A stretch of DNA of 59,778 nt from Desulfobacterales bacterium (lineage in GTDB: Bacteria; Desulfobacterota; Desulfobacteria; Desulfobacterales; JAFDHS01). Below are positions 37,723 to 47,253 of the stretch, piece by piece. The notes beneath the pieces were generated by a model. That model worked only from the letters and a program-made list of their open reading frames with translations. It was not told the DNA's origin and did no database searches. The DNA lies in assembly GCA_030589165.1 (NCBI GenBank), contig JAUUWG010000001.1:1-59778 (forward strand), read 5' to 3'. The stretch's first letter is position 1. Each line of letters starts with the position of its first letter. Made by a program: the position numbers and the translations under genes.

Positions 37723-38700
37723 CTATAATTCTCTTTTGGCTATCCGTCTTTCCTTACCGGTATATTCATCCGCACCGATGTCGATACGCTTGCGCTGCGG
37801 TCTTGAATCTCCGTCAATATCCCTGTCAGGCGCTCCTTTTGATGTGGCTGCATTTATGCAGGGGGATTTTTTTGTCAGATGGTAGTAATCTCCGGCTCCG
37901 ATAAACAGAGGATCGGTATCGATATTGCCTGTTCCGCTGTATCCTCCCTGAACAAGCGAGTAGCTGATTTTTGGAGAATCCTTGCACAAGAGATCCCTGG
38001 AGACCTCGTTCGGCGTATTTCCCCAGAGAATGGAATTGGTGATCACGGGAGCGGGTTTGTATCGGTAATAGATTCCGCCCCCATCCATCGCTATATTTTT
38101 GGTAATTGTGCAGTTGGTTACGGTTGCGCCTGAGTTATAGAAATAAATTCCGCCGGCCCGGTAGTTGGAGCTGTTTTCCATGATGATGCAGTTGATCAGG
38201 GTCGGAGAACTGCCGCAGCCAAAGTAGATCCCTCCGCCCTGGCTGTTGTTGCTGTTGCCGGCAACGGTATTATTTCTGATAATGCAGTTGGTGATTGTTG
38301 GAGAGCTGTTGCTGCAGTAGATCCCGCCGCCGTAGTCGATGGCCCGCCCTTTGATGACGGTGAATCCGGAAACCACGGAATTTTTGAGTTCACCCTTGTG
38401 AAAATAGAACCCCCGTCCGTCATCTTCACAATCGATAATGCAATTGTCCGGGCCGTTTTCCGACTGAAGCGTCAGTTCCTTGCCATTAAAATCTATATTT
38501 TTGTTCCCCTCGCCGGCGTAAGTACCGTCGGCAACGAGGACCGTATCACCCTTGGATGCTGCATCGACTGCTTTCTGGATGGTTTTGTAGTCGCCCGGGA
38601 CCTGGATTACGTCTCCAAAGGCGGTGGTGGAGCATAAGATCAGCGATAGTGCAAAAACACAAAAGATGTATCCTTTGATACTGCTTTGATTCCTTTTCAT
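37723..38700 (-). CDS. secreted right-handed parallel beta-helix repeat protein
   Basis: 325 aa with a signal peptide. The repeats are GGGIYC..SSPTITNCIIRNN, GGGIYF..SSPTLINCII and GGIYF..ATVTNCTI. The C-terminus is DIDGDSRP..DIGADEY. Confidence 0.75.
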   Translation of the reverse strand: MKRNQSSIKGYIFCVFALSLILCSTTAFGDVIQVPGDYKTIQKAVDAASKGDTVLVADGTYAGEGNKNIDFNGKELTLQSENGPDNCIIDCEDDGRGFYFHKGELKNSVVSGFTVIKGRAIDYGGGIYCSNSSPTITNCIIRNNTVAGNSNNSQGGGIYFGCGSSPTLINCIIMENSSNYRAGGIYFYNSGATVTNCTITKNIAMDGGGIYYRYKPAPVITNSILWGNTPNEVSRDLLCKDSPKISYSLVQGGYSGTGNIDTDPLFIGAGDYYHLTKKSPCINAATSKGAPDRDIDGDSRPQRKRIDIGADEYTGKERRIAKREL

Positions 38701-38739
38701 AATTCTTTCTCTCCTTACACCAGTTTTTATGCTTTTATC

Positions 38740-39606
38740 CTACTTTGTATTCGGTGACGTTTCATAGAACTCGTTCATTTCGGTTTTTTTTAAATTTTCC
38801 CCCGCTCTCAGGTAAAAAGTGGGTTTGCACTCGATGGCCTTCTCAAAAGAGCGGATTGCCGGTTTTCGTTCCCCTCTCTGCAGATAAACAAATCCCAGGT
38901 TGTTGTATGCCTGCGCTTTATCCCCTCCTTTTCTGAAAGCCGCCATTGCACGCCGGTCTTTTCCGAGCCTGGCCAAAACCAGTCCTAAGTTATTGTAAAT
39001 TTTAGGATAAGAAGTCGTAATTTTCAATGCATCCTCAAAGGTATGGATTGCCTGTTCGTAACCCCCTGCCAAGGAGTAGGATACCCCCAGATTATTGTAT
39101 ATCAGGGCGTTGTCCGGTTTTAAAACGATAGCTGCCTTATATTCGGTAACGGCTGCCTTGTAATCTTTCTTATAGTCATAAATTATTCCCAGTAAATTAT
39201 GAGCCTTCCATAACTTGGGTTTCAGTTCGACGGCTTTGCGTAAATGTTTTTCAGCCTCCTTGTATTTCTTCAATTCAAAAAAGGCTTGCCCCATGCCCTG
39301 ATAAGCGAATTTATGTTCGGGTTCCTTTTCTATAATTTTCTCAAATTCCCGGACGGCTTTGTCATTCATCTTTCCTTTAAGAAAGATCAGGCCTTTCTTG
39401 TAACGGACCCGGGTATTGTCGGGGTTAAGCCGGAGAAATTTATTATACCGCACCAAAGCCATCTGGAGATTACCCTGCCTGAAGTAGACATCGCCTGACC
39501 TTTCAAGTTCATCCCCTGTCATTGTTTCAGGACCGGGCAGCTCTTTAAGCAGATTATTCTGTTGAGGGGCACAACCGCAGAAAATCCAGGCTATGACAAA
39601 GACCAT
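38740..39606 (-). CDS. TadD-like TPR lipoprotein
   Basis: Lipobox IFCGCA followed by about 7 TPR units. The start was moved to the ATG at 39606, because the track's N-terminal extension (..LRPLRLCGG..) translates a short-repeat tract. Confidence 0.65.
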   Translation of the reverse strand: MVFVIAWIFCGCAPQQNNLLKELPGPETMTGDELERSGDVYFRQGNLQMALVRYNKFLRLNPDNTRVRYKKGLIFLKGKMNDKAVREFEKIIEKEPEHKFAYQGMGQAFFELKKYKEAEKHLRKAVELKPKLWKAHNLLGIIYDYKKDYKAAVTEYKAAIVLKPDNALIYNNLGVSYSLAGGYEQAIHTFEDALKITTSYPKIYNNLGLVLARLGKDRRAMAAFRKGGDKAQAYNNLGFVYLQRGERKPAIRSFEKAIECKPTFYLRAGENLKKTEMNEFYETSPNTK

Positions 39607-39800
39607 TGCCGGCAGGCTGTGGAATATTTTTTTATCCCTTTGTAAGGACCCGCCGCAAAGGCGCAAAGGACGCAAAGTTTTAAAGACCATTGACAATTTT
39701 CTTTATTCCTTTTTCAGAATTGGAACATTGAAATTAATCAATATCCCCAATTTTAAACCCGACAACTTTAAAGACATCAAGAGTTGTGCTTCATTCCCCA

Positions 39801-39955
39801 ACCCGGATAAACCGGGAAAGTTAAAAGTGAGCTAAAGTTAATGAGTCGCTTCGCTCCGTCTTTTTACATATAAAATTGATAGAATTCCTCAACTTCAGTC
39901 ACTTCAGTCACTTCAGTCACTTTAGTCACTTTAGCTCACTTTAGCTCACTTTAGC
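39801..39955 (-). repeat. CACTTTAG-array / GCGAAGC-core intergenic repeat, copy 7 (full, 7-unit right array)
   Basis: Structure is CCCGGATAAACCGGGAAAGTTAAAAGTGAGCTAAAGTTAATGAGTCGCTTCGCTCCGTC..AAATTGATAGAATTCCTC + AACTTCAG (TCACTTCAG)x2 (TCACTTTAG)x2 (CTCACTTTAG)x2. Confidence 0.9.
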
Positions 39956-39985
39956 TATCAAGAGACTAAGATAAAAGTTTGAGTG

Positions 39986-40966
39986 TTAGAAGTGACCTCC
40001 GTGCAGAAATACCCTATAAATACTGATAACCGCCGGTCCCAGGATCGCAACGAAAATAGCCGGAAAGATAAACAGAATCAGAGGAAAAAGCAGCTTTACC
40101 GGCAGCTTGGCGGCCATTTCCTCCGCCCTCTGGAATCTCTGGGTTCTCAGGGTATCGGAATAAATCTTCAGGGCCTGGCTTACGCTGGTGCCGAATTTGT
40201 CTGTCTGGATTAATAATGTCACAAGATTGTTCACCGCATCCAGGTCAATCCGCATGGCCAGGTTTTTCAAGGCATCCTGCCGCGGTTTTCCGGCTCTGAG
40301 TTCCAGGTTGTAGAGATTGAGTTCGTAGCTCAGTATCTTGTTCTCCAGTTCTATCTCTTTTGCGACTCGCAGGAGCCCGGAATCGAGTCCCATGCCCGCT
40401 TCCACGCAGACGACCAGAAGATCAAGCGCATCCGGGAATCCGTTAAGGATTGTTTGCTTTCTTTTGTCGATTTTATGGTGCAACCAGATATTGGGAAGAT
40501 AGAAACCTGCGAGGGCCAGCAAAGCGCCGACGGCAACCACCATATTCCCTGAAATCAAAAAATCGGGAAAGGCGAGTTTAAAGACTGCAAAGCAGACCGG
40601 CAGAAAAACCGCAAGGAGAAATTTGGCCCCCCAAAAGGCAGACGGAGCGTCTTGCCGGCGGAAGCCCGCCTTAAGAAAAACAGGCCTCAACTTGGAATAA
40701 TCCAAGGCTTTGTCACTGCCCGTGCGCTTGCCCAGTGAATCGAGAAAATCCAGAACCTTGCCCTGGAACCTTTTTTCGGTTTTTGGAGGCGAAAAATTCG
40801 TATCGGGAATTTGTAACTTTTGCCCGCCGTGCCGGATTTTTTCCATCAATTCACGTTTAGCGGAAGCCACCCGGCGATATTGCAATATTCCGATTAAAAG
40901 CAGGATCACGGAGCAAAACACTGAAACGGAAACGATAATGGGGATATATTCGGCTATGCTGGTCAT
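39986..40966 (-). CDS. tadC: Flp pilus assembly inner-membrane protein TadC (T2SS F family)
   Basis: 326 aa. It has a T2SSF domain (FPDALDLLVVCVEAGMGLD) and lies next to tadB and tadA. Confidence 0.85.
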   Translation of the reverse strand: MTSIAEYIPIIVSVSVFCSVILLLIGILQYRRVASAKRELMEKIRHGGQKLQIPDTNFSPPKTEKRFQGKVLDFLDSLGKRTGSDKALDYSKLRPVFLKAGFRRQDAPSAFWGAKFLLAVFLPVCFAVFKLAFPDFLISGNMVVAVGALLALAGFYLPNIWLHHKIDKRKQTILNGFPDALDLLVVCVEAGMGLDSGLLRVAKEIELENKILSYELNLYNLELRAGKPRQDALKNLAMRIDLDAVNNLVTLLIQTDKFGTSVSQALKIYSDTLRTQRFQRAEEMAAKLPVKLLFPLILFIFPAIFVAILGPAVISIYRVFLHGGHF

Positions 40967-40985
40967 TTATCACTGCTCCCGGTTG

Positions 40986-41954
40986 TTATATTTTAATATC
41001 GATCATTCTTTTCATCACAAATGTGCCTATGACCATCATGACCAGAGCGGTGTAACACATTATTCTTCCGGCAGGGTCTGTAAACAGGGTCATAATATAT
41101 GTTCGATTCGTAAGAAAAAGAGCACCCAGAACGAAAAAGGGGAGACCGAGAAGGACATACATGGATAATTTTCCTTCCGCTGCAAGGGCCCTGACCTTGC
41201 CCAGGAATTTGTATCTCTCCCGTATAAGATGAGCGATGTTCTCCATGATCTCGGCAAGGTTGCCGCCTGTTTCACGCTGCAGTATTACGGCGACCACAAA
41301 GAAATTCAGGTCCACACAGTCCACCCGGCCGGCAAGGTTCTTCATGGCTTCGGCAACACCGACCCCGAAGTTGATTTCATCCAGGGTTATTCCAAATTCC
41401 GGGCCGATCGGATCGTCAAACTCTTCGGAAGTCATCTTCATACCGGTAGTGAAGGCATGTCCCGCTTTCAGGGAACGGGCCATCAGGTCCAGGGCCTCGG
41501 GCAACTGGCTTTGAAATTTTTCCATTCTCTTTTTTTTTTTCAACTTAAGATAGATAAAAGGGGATGCTCCGAGGAATACCGTAAAGATTACGCAGAACAC
41601 GGTGTTTATCTTGAGCATGGACAATCCCAGAAACCCAGTAAGCGCGAGAAGAGGGGAGAGTAATAGGAAGAAACCCGCTGGATATTGGGAATTGGCCTGA
41701 TATATCAATTTATCCAGGCGCTGGATTCCGGTGATGCGAAGCAGGATCTGATTCAGTGCCGGCACATCGCTTAGTACTCTTTTTCGAACAATATCAGGTA
41801 ACTCGGTTGTGCTTCCGCTTGATGAAATCCTTTTCAGCTTTTTGCGGATCTTGGCGTGGTCCGGGTTCCGCAGGGTTCTATAGGAATAAAAAAACATCTC
41901 TATGACAAATACGGATATTAAAAATATTATTATGCCGGTGATGAGAATGTTCAT
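40986..41954 (-). CDS. tadB: Flp pilus assembly inner-membrane protein TadB (T2SS F family)
   Basis: T2SSF domain (LPEALDLMARSLKAGHAF). Start set at the ATG at 41954, 1 nt after the tadA stop; the ATG at 41966 is an alternative. The track start at 42086 would overlap tadA by 130 nt. Confidence 0.8.
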   Translation of the reverse strand: MNILITGIIIFLISVFVIEMFFYSYRTLRNPDHAKIRKKLKRISSSGSTTELPDIVRKRVLSDVPALNQILLRITGIQRLDKLIYQANSQYPAGFFLLLSPLLALTGFLGLSMLKINTVFCVIFTVFLGASPFIYLKLKKKKRMEKFQSQLPEALDLMARSLKAGHAFTTGMKMTSEEFDDPIGPEFGITLDEINFGVGVAEAMKNLAGRVDCVDLNFFVVAVILQRETGGNLAEIMENIAHLIRERYKFLGKVRALAAEGKLSMYVLLGLPFFVLGALFLTNRTYIMTLFTDPAGRIMCYTALVMMVIGTFVMKRMIDIKI

Positions 41955-41955
41955 G

Positions 41956-43299
41956 TTAAACCTCATATACTTTGTCCGGATTGAACAAATCATCAGGAAC
42001 GGATATATCGTTTGCATTGAACCGATCGATGAACCTGGGGCGGACCCCGTGAAATTTGAAGTATCCTTTTGTTTTTCCTTCTTCATCCATTCCTGTCTGC
42101 TGGAAGGAAAAGATCTCCTGCAGGGTGATTATGTTCCCCTCCATCCCGGTTATTTCCTGGATGCTGATTACCTTTCTGGTACCGTCGGGAAGACGGGATA
42201 TTTGGATGATGACATTGATGGCGGAGCTGATAAACCGCCTCATAAATTCGTAGGGAATATCCAGGTTGGCCATGGATATCATGCTTTCCAGGCGCATTAT
42301 CGCGTCACGGGGAGTGTTGGCGTGAATGGTTGTTAAAGATCCGTCGTGCCCGGTGTTCATGGCCTGGAGCATATCAAAGGCCTCCTGGCTGCGCACCTCG
42401 CCCACAATAATGCGGTCCGGGCGCATCCTGAGGCTGTTTCTCACAAGATCCCGGGCCGTGACCTCGCCCTTGCCCTCTATGTTCGGAGGCCGGGTCTCCA
42501 GCCTGACCAGGTGCATCTGCTTGAGTTGTAATTCTGCGGCGTCTTCAATGGTGATAACCCTGTCGACATTAGGTATGAACTGAGACATGACATTGAGCAG
42601 GGTGGTTTTGCCGCTGCCGGTGCCCCCTGAAATCAGAACATTCAGCCTGGCCTTGACGATACCTTTCAGAAGCTCGCCGATTCCATCTGTAAAGCTCTTC
42701 AATAAAATAAGATCATCAAGCAGAAGCGGGTCCCTGCCAAAACGCCTGATAGACAAACTGGCCCCGTCTATGGCCAAGGGAGGGATGATGGCATTGACCC
42801 TGGAGCCGTCGGGAAGCCTGGCGTCCACCATGGGAGAAGACTCGTCGATCCGTCGTCCCACGGATGAAACAATCTTGTCGATGATTCTCATCAGGTGGGC
42901 ATCGTCCTTGAACCTTGAATCGGAAATTTCCAGCTTGCCGAATCTCTCCACAAAGATCTGACGGTATGAGTTGACCAGGATATCGGAGACCGTATCGTCT
43001 TTAATAAAGGGTTCCAAGGGGCCGAGCCCCAATACTTCATCCTCGATCTCCACAAAGAGTCTTTCCCTTTCGGCTAAATTGAGCGGTACGCTTTGGCCTT
43101 CTTCCTCTAATATCCTCATTACTAGGGTCCTGATCTGAGACTTGAGGACATCCCGGTCAATAGATTCGATGAGAGTAAGGTCGACAAGATCCAGCAGGCG
43201 ATCATGAATCCTGGTTTTCAGGTCAAAATATTCGTCGGAAATATACCGGCTTTGGTCTACTATATCTTTTAACGGGATAACATCAGGGTCTATTGGCAT
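41956..43299 (-). CDS. tadA: Flp pilus assembly ATPase TadA/CpaF
   Basis: 447 aa. Walker [15 protein letters not shown] is present, with the secretion-ATPase Asp/His boxes ([24 protein letters not shown]). Confidence 0.92.
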   Translation of the reverse strand: MPIDPDVIPLKDIVDQSRYISDEYFDLKTRIHDRLLDLVDLTLIESIDRDVLKSQIRTLVMRILEEEGQSVPLNLAERERLFVEIEDEVLGLGPLEPFIKDDTVSDILVNSYRQIFVERFGKLEISDSRFKDDAHLMRIIDKIVSSVGRRIDESSPMVDARLPDGSRVNAIIPPLAIDGASLSIRRFGRDPLLLDDLILLKSFTDGIGELLKGIVKARLNVLISGGTGSGKTTLLNVMSQFIPNVDRVITIEDAAELQLKQMHLVRLETRPPNIEGKGEVTARDLVRNSLRMRPDRIIVGEVRSQEAFDMLQAMNTGHDGSLTTIHANTPRDAIMRLESMISMANLDIPYEFMRRFISSAINVIIQISRLPDGTRKVISIQEITGMEGNIITLQEIFSFQQTGMDEEGKTKGYFKFHGVRPRFIDRFNANDISVPDDLFNPDKVYEV

Positions 43300-43335
43300 T
43301 TGATCGTAATCTCCTGGGTTGTTTCATCTTTGTTT

Positions 43336-44502
43336 CTAAAGGCTGAAGAATTTCCAAAACTTTCTTTTCTTTTTTCCCTCTTTTTCTTCGAACGAAGGAC
43401 AAATGGAAGAGGCCATTTCTCTGAAGTTCTCGGTGATGGGCTCCTTTGATGCAAATTGAGTAAGAGGTTTCCCCTTGTTTATGGCGGATATGGTTGTATT
43501 GTAGTCATTGGGTATGGTCCGGAATATTTTCTTGTCAAATGATTTTTCCGCATCTTCTATGGAGATGTTTGAGTTTTTCAGATGACGGTTGATAACAATA
43601 TTGATGCGTTCCCTTTCCGGGTACCCTAAATCGTAAAAAGATTTTAAAAGCTTGTTTGTGTTTGCCAGGCAGGGGATGCTCAAGTTCGAGACAATTAGAA
43701 CGGTGTCCGACATTTCAAGGATTTTCAAGGAGATATTACCCATGGAGTGGCCCCCGTCGATAATAACAAAGTCAAACATTCCCCGCATAACCTTTAGTAA
43801 ACTCTCTATAATTGCCGGGGATGCCACATTGTAGCCGCTCAAATAGCCGGGGGAGCAGAGGACGTAAACTCCCGAGGGATCAACAGAAAGGATATTCTTC
43901 AAAAAAGTGGCATCCAGGCGGGAAATATTCTTGGTAATTTCACTCCAGTTATAGGTCGGCTCAATATCCAGGAACAGGGGGATCTCTCCGAACACCAGGT
44001 TCATGTCTATCAATGCCACGGATTCCACCCTTTCAAGCTCGGCCAGGCAGACTGCCAGGTTTACGGCAATGGTTGTTGTGCCGACCCCTCCCTTGCTGCC
44101 GAGGACGTTTATAATCTGCCCTTTCTTGCCGGGTGTTTCGTTTTTTAATCTCTCCCTTCTCTCCTTGAATTTTTCCAGGGCCTGCCGGATTTCTTCCTCT
44201 TTAACCGATTGATCGAAAAATTCCCTGGCGCCTGTTTGCATGGCTCGTTTGAGCAGGGTCTGGTCGGAGTAAGTTGACGCTAAAAAGAGCTCTTTGACCT
44301 CGCCTGAATTCAGAATGTTCTGGACATGCTGAAAATCTTTGTCATGTTCATCGCTCAGTTCAAAAATCCAAAGATCGATCGGACGTACATCGCCGGGCTT
44401 TTGTATATCAAATCCCGGAACGGATCGGATAATGCTTTCAAATTCTCTTCTCAGGTTGCGGTTTCTTATTTCCAGTTTAATGCAGATGTTTTCATCTGTC
44501 AT
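43336..44502 (-). CDS. tadZ: TadZ/CpaE-like protein (receiver-like N-domain plus ParA/MinD-type ATPase)
   Basis: 388 aa. Deviant Walker A GSKGGVGTTTIAVNLA is present, and the position upstream of tadA fits. Confidence 0.8.
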   Translation of the reverse strand: MTDENICIKLEIRNRNLRREFESIIRSVPGFDIQKPGDVRPIDLWIFELSDEHDKDFQHVQNILNSGEVKELFLASTYSDQTLLKRAMQTGAREFFDQSVKEEEIRQALEKFKERRERLKNETPGKKGQIINVLGSKGGVGTTTIAVNLAVCLAELERVESVALIDMNLVFGEIPLFLDIEPTYNWSEITKNISRLDATFLKNILSVDPSGVYVLCSPGYLSGYNVASPAIIESLLKVMRGMFDFVIIDGGHSMGNISLKILEMSDTVLIVSNLSIPCLANTNKLLKSFYDLGYPERERINIVINRHLKNSNISIEDAEKSFDKKIFRTIPNDYNTTISAINKGKPLTQFASKEPITENFREMASSICPSFEEKEGKKKRKFWKFFSL

Positions 44503-44706
44503 TGTCTCCTCCGAAATTCAAGGGTCCAAAGTAGTTCTCAATATAGCCGGGTTTGCCTTTTAAGGGCGGTAAGTTCAGGATGCCGGTGTATTTTGCGTTC
44601 GGTAATATAAGGTCGGGAATGTAAATTATATCGGTTCACCTCTTTTTTACTTCTAATTTGATCAAATGAATACTATCCGTCATGAAAGCTCTCTCCAAGA
44701 ACTATG

Positions 44707-45957
44707 CTATTCAACTAAATTCGGGATGGCGCCTTTGGTGTTCCCATGCATCCCCCCGCCTCCGCGTTCATCCAAGAAGGTTATCTTGCAGTCGAGAATT
44801 ACGTCAACCGTATTTGCAGCTGCATCGACACCAACGACTTGAACCGTGGCAAAGCCTACAATTTCAATTGAACTCTGGTAAGGCGGCGCATAATTCGGAC
44901 GCACGCACTGTCCATTAGTTTCATCATAGTAGGCCTTATAAACCGGCACAGTGGTTGTCCAGACGTTGTCATTTTCATCGCCATCACGGAATCTGAAATA
45001 ATCGAAAAGCGCTGGAAAAGCCGCTGGGTTGCCTTTGTCTTCTTGAGCGGGTGTAATTGGACCATTATCATCCCACTGAATTATTTCCCCAGAGAATAAA
45101 GCCGCGATAACGCCTTCCTGAAAATCATACATATCGCTACTTGCTGTCTCAGGTGTCGCAGAGGCGTCAGGGATGGTTGCATCTACACTCTTATAAAAAT
45201 ACTCCCTCAGCCAAGCTTCGCCTTCGCCACCCGGATCGTTTTTTATAAAGCTTATCAGCTTATCTTTCATTGCGTTAGCATTAATTGCGTCAAAAAAGTT
45301 ATGCCAACCTGCACATTTATCTTGAAAGTCGATTTGACCAGGACAATTATCCGGGAAGTAGCTCATGGATACCGCAATCGGCAATTTCAGTTCCCCCTCA
45401 CCGACTATGGCTGGTCCGGTCAAGGCGGCAGTGGCGTCAGCGGAAACACTCATGGTATTATGGTTAAATATCCTTGCGAAAAAGGTGGCGATTGTCCCAT
45501 TGATACCACTGTCCCTGCGAGCTTTCACTCTTACCGCATCGGGTTGGTCGTTTCTCACATCCAAAGGAGGACTGCCCGTCCATCTTCCAATTTCAACATC
45601 TTCAGGTTTGATCTTGATATCAAGATTTGCAGCCTGGTTTTTTTCAGCTACTTCGTTAGCAACCATCTCAATACTCGGGCGATCTCCGCTGACATCATAA
45701 TTTTGCTGTTCCTCGTAAGACATAGTTTGGTAAATGGATCCCAATTTCCTTGTTGCAGCCAGCGCGGCGGCATCGGCTACATTTTGAAGTTCATTGCGGG
45801 TGGCATAAAGATAACCGACGTCAACGGCCAGCGCCACAAAACCGATGAGCATGGCCATCGTTATAGCAGCGACTATGGCTGTTACTCCCCGTTGGTTTTT
45901 CATCATTGATATTAGATGGAGGCCTTTATTCATAATTACACTCCTTTTGCTATCCAT
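44707..45957 (-). CDS. tadG: TadG-like pilus assembly protein (pseudopilin-like N-terminus)
   Basis: 416 aa. The N-terminal segment is QRGVTAIVAAITMAMLIGFVALAVDVGYLY..LQNVADAAALAA. The exact start is uncertain. Confidence 0.7.
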   Translation of the reverse strand: MDSKRSVIMNKGLHLISMMKNQRGVTAIVAAITMAMLIGFVALAVDVGYLYATRNELQNVADAAALAATRKLGSIYQTMSYEEQQNYDVSGDRPSIEMVANEVAEKNQAANLDIKIKPEDVEIGRWTGSPPLDVRNDQPDAVRVKARRDSGINGTIATFFARIFNHNTMSVSADATAALTGPAIVGEGELKLPIAVSMSYFPDNCPGQIDFQDKCAGWHNFFDAINANAMKDKLISFIKNDPGGEGEAWLREYFYKSVDATIPDASATPETASSDMYDFQEGVIAALFSGEIIQWDDNGPITPAQEDKGNPAAFPALFDYFRFRDGDENDNVWTTTVPVYKAYYDETNGQCVRPNYAPPYQSSIEIVGFATVQVVGVDAAANTVDVILDCKITFLDERGGGGMHGNTKGAIPNLVE

Positions 45958-45966
45958 GAACCCTAT

Positions 45967-46446
45967 TTATTCCATCCTCATCGTACATTTTGCTGTTATG
46001 TCGACTCCCAGACTGGAAAGAAACAAAGAATCATATGGATAAGTTACCTCGACAGTAAGAGAATCACCGAAACCACCTAATATGGGGTTCCCATCCGCGT
46101 CCTTCAACAGAAGGTTCTCTTCTGAATCTCTCCTCTCAAAAAATGGTTTATCCATAGTATCAGGATCTGTAGGCACAACAATTGTTCCAGAGCCAAAGGT
46201 CACAAGGTGTTGTTCACTGAATTCTATGACTTTAGCCTTAATCTCATCGTTTGATATTCTCGGACTCCGAACCACGATGCCAAAACGTGCGCCTTCTCTG
46301 GCGGCATTGGTAATCACCTGTTTGTTGAATAAATACAGGCCGAATTCAACGATGCCGAATATCAGGGTGATAAACAATGGCAAGATAATCGCAAATTCTA
46401 CTGCTGTCGCACCCTTCTGATTTTTCAATAAAGTTTTTTTTTTCAA
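45967..46446 (-). CDS. TadE/TadF-like pseudopilin
   Basis: 159 aa with the N-terminal motif GATAVEFAIILPLFITLIFGIVEFG. Confidence 0.8.
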   Translation of the reverse strand: MKKKTLLKNQKGATAVEFAIILPLFITLIFGIVEFGLYLFNKQVITNAAREGARFGIVVRSPRISNDEIKAKVIEFSEQHLVTFGSGTIVVPTDPDTMDKPFFERRDSEENLLLKDADGNPILGGFGDSLTVEVTYPYDSLFLSSLGVDITAKCTMRME

Positions 46447-46525
46447 TTTTTTTGGTCTCGCTGGTCATTTTCTTTCAGTATTCAAAACAAAGCCCAATCA
46501 GAAATGCTTGACTATTTGATGTAAT

Positions 46526-46957
46526 TTATTCCATTCGCATTACTGTCTCGCCTGTTAGGGTTATGTTGCCAAATCCGAGAATTCCGGTAAATAGGAAGTT
46601 ATAAACATATGGCACTGTCACTGTGATATCTTTTTGTAAATCAACAGATGAAATAGCTATCTCGTCTACGTTTAGATCATTAGAACCACCAAGGTTAATA
46701 AGATTATTTTCACAGTAATCATCTATTATCTGATTAACTTGCGCTTTGTCGTCTGTTTTTAAGCTTGTGCCATCCAAAGTTTTGGTAATCGCGGCGCGCG
46801 CTCCCTCCCTGCTGGCATTGGTAATCACCTGTTTATTGTAAAAAAGCAGGCCGAATTCAATCATTCCGCAGAAGAACAAAACCAGCAGAGGCAGAACGAT
46901 GGCAAACTCCACCGCTGCCGCCCCTTTCTCGCTTTTTATTATTTTTGGTGTCTTCAT
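46526..46957 (-). CDS. tadE: TadE-like pseudopilin
   Basis: 143 aa with the N-terminal motif GAAAVEFAIVLPLLVLFFCGMIEFG. Confidence 0.8.
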   Translation of the reverse strand: MKTPKIIKSEKGAAAVEFAIVLPLLVLFFCGMIEFGLLFYNKQVITNASREGARAAITKTLDGTSLKTDDKAQVNQIIDDYCENNLINLGGSNDLNVDEIAISSVDLQKDITVTVPYVYNFLFTGILGFGNITLTGETVMRME

Positions 46958-47037
46958 AAATTATGCCTGCGTCCTGGTATTCATGGGAAAAAGTCGTGAC
47001 AATAATTTTCATGAATGATCAGTCATTTTGTTGCTGG

Positions 47038-47125
47038 ATTCCCCCCTTGAGGGGGGCAGGGGGGTGTTTTTTATCAATCGGAGTGACCATACACCCCCCC
47101 CCTAACCCCCCCTCAAGGGGGGAAT
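47038..47125. repeat. G/C-run long palindrome (REP-like)
   Basis: Inverted repeat ATTCCCCCCTTGAGGGGGGCAGGGGGGTG..(28 nt)..CACCCCCCCCTAACCCCCCCTCAAGGGGGGAAT. It shares the TCCCCCCTTG motif with 33979-34024. Confidence 0.8.
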
Positions 47126-47179
47126 AAATCTGATTTGAGCTTATTATTTTTGTCGATAATTAAAATTCGAAAACCCAAG

Positions 47180-47244
47180 TATATAAAAATGATAAAGCGA
47201 AGCGACTCCTTAACTTTAGTCACTTTAGTCACTTTAGTCACTTT
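47180..47244 (+). repeat. CACTTTAG repeat family, copy 8 (half element: core remnant plus right array)
   Basis: Sequence is TATATAAAAATGATAAAGCGAAGCGACTCCTTAACTTTAG(TCACTTTAG)x2TCACTTT. Confidence 0.8.
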
Positions 47245-47253
47245 CCCCAGAGT

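Noticed and set aside
39891-39955. Tandem short repeats (also at 47211-47244 and 49137-49191) that might look like a CRISPR array
   Set aside because: The period is only 9-10 bp and there are no spacers. The arrays are arms of a palindromic intergenic element, and no cas genes are present.
44503-44706. A 15-codon mini-ORF (MTDSIHLIKLEVKKR) in the tadG-tadZ spacer, and other tiny intergenic ORFs such as the 15-codon ORF at 6707-6754
   Set aside because: There is no convincing RBS and I cannot assess conservation. ORFs this short are expected by chance in AT-rich spacers.
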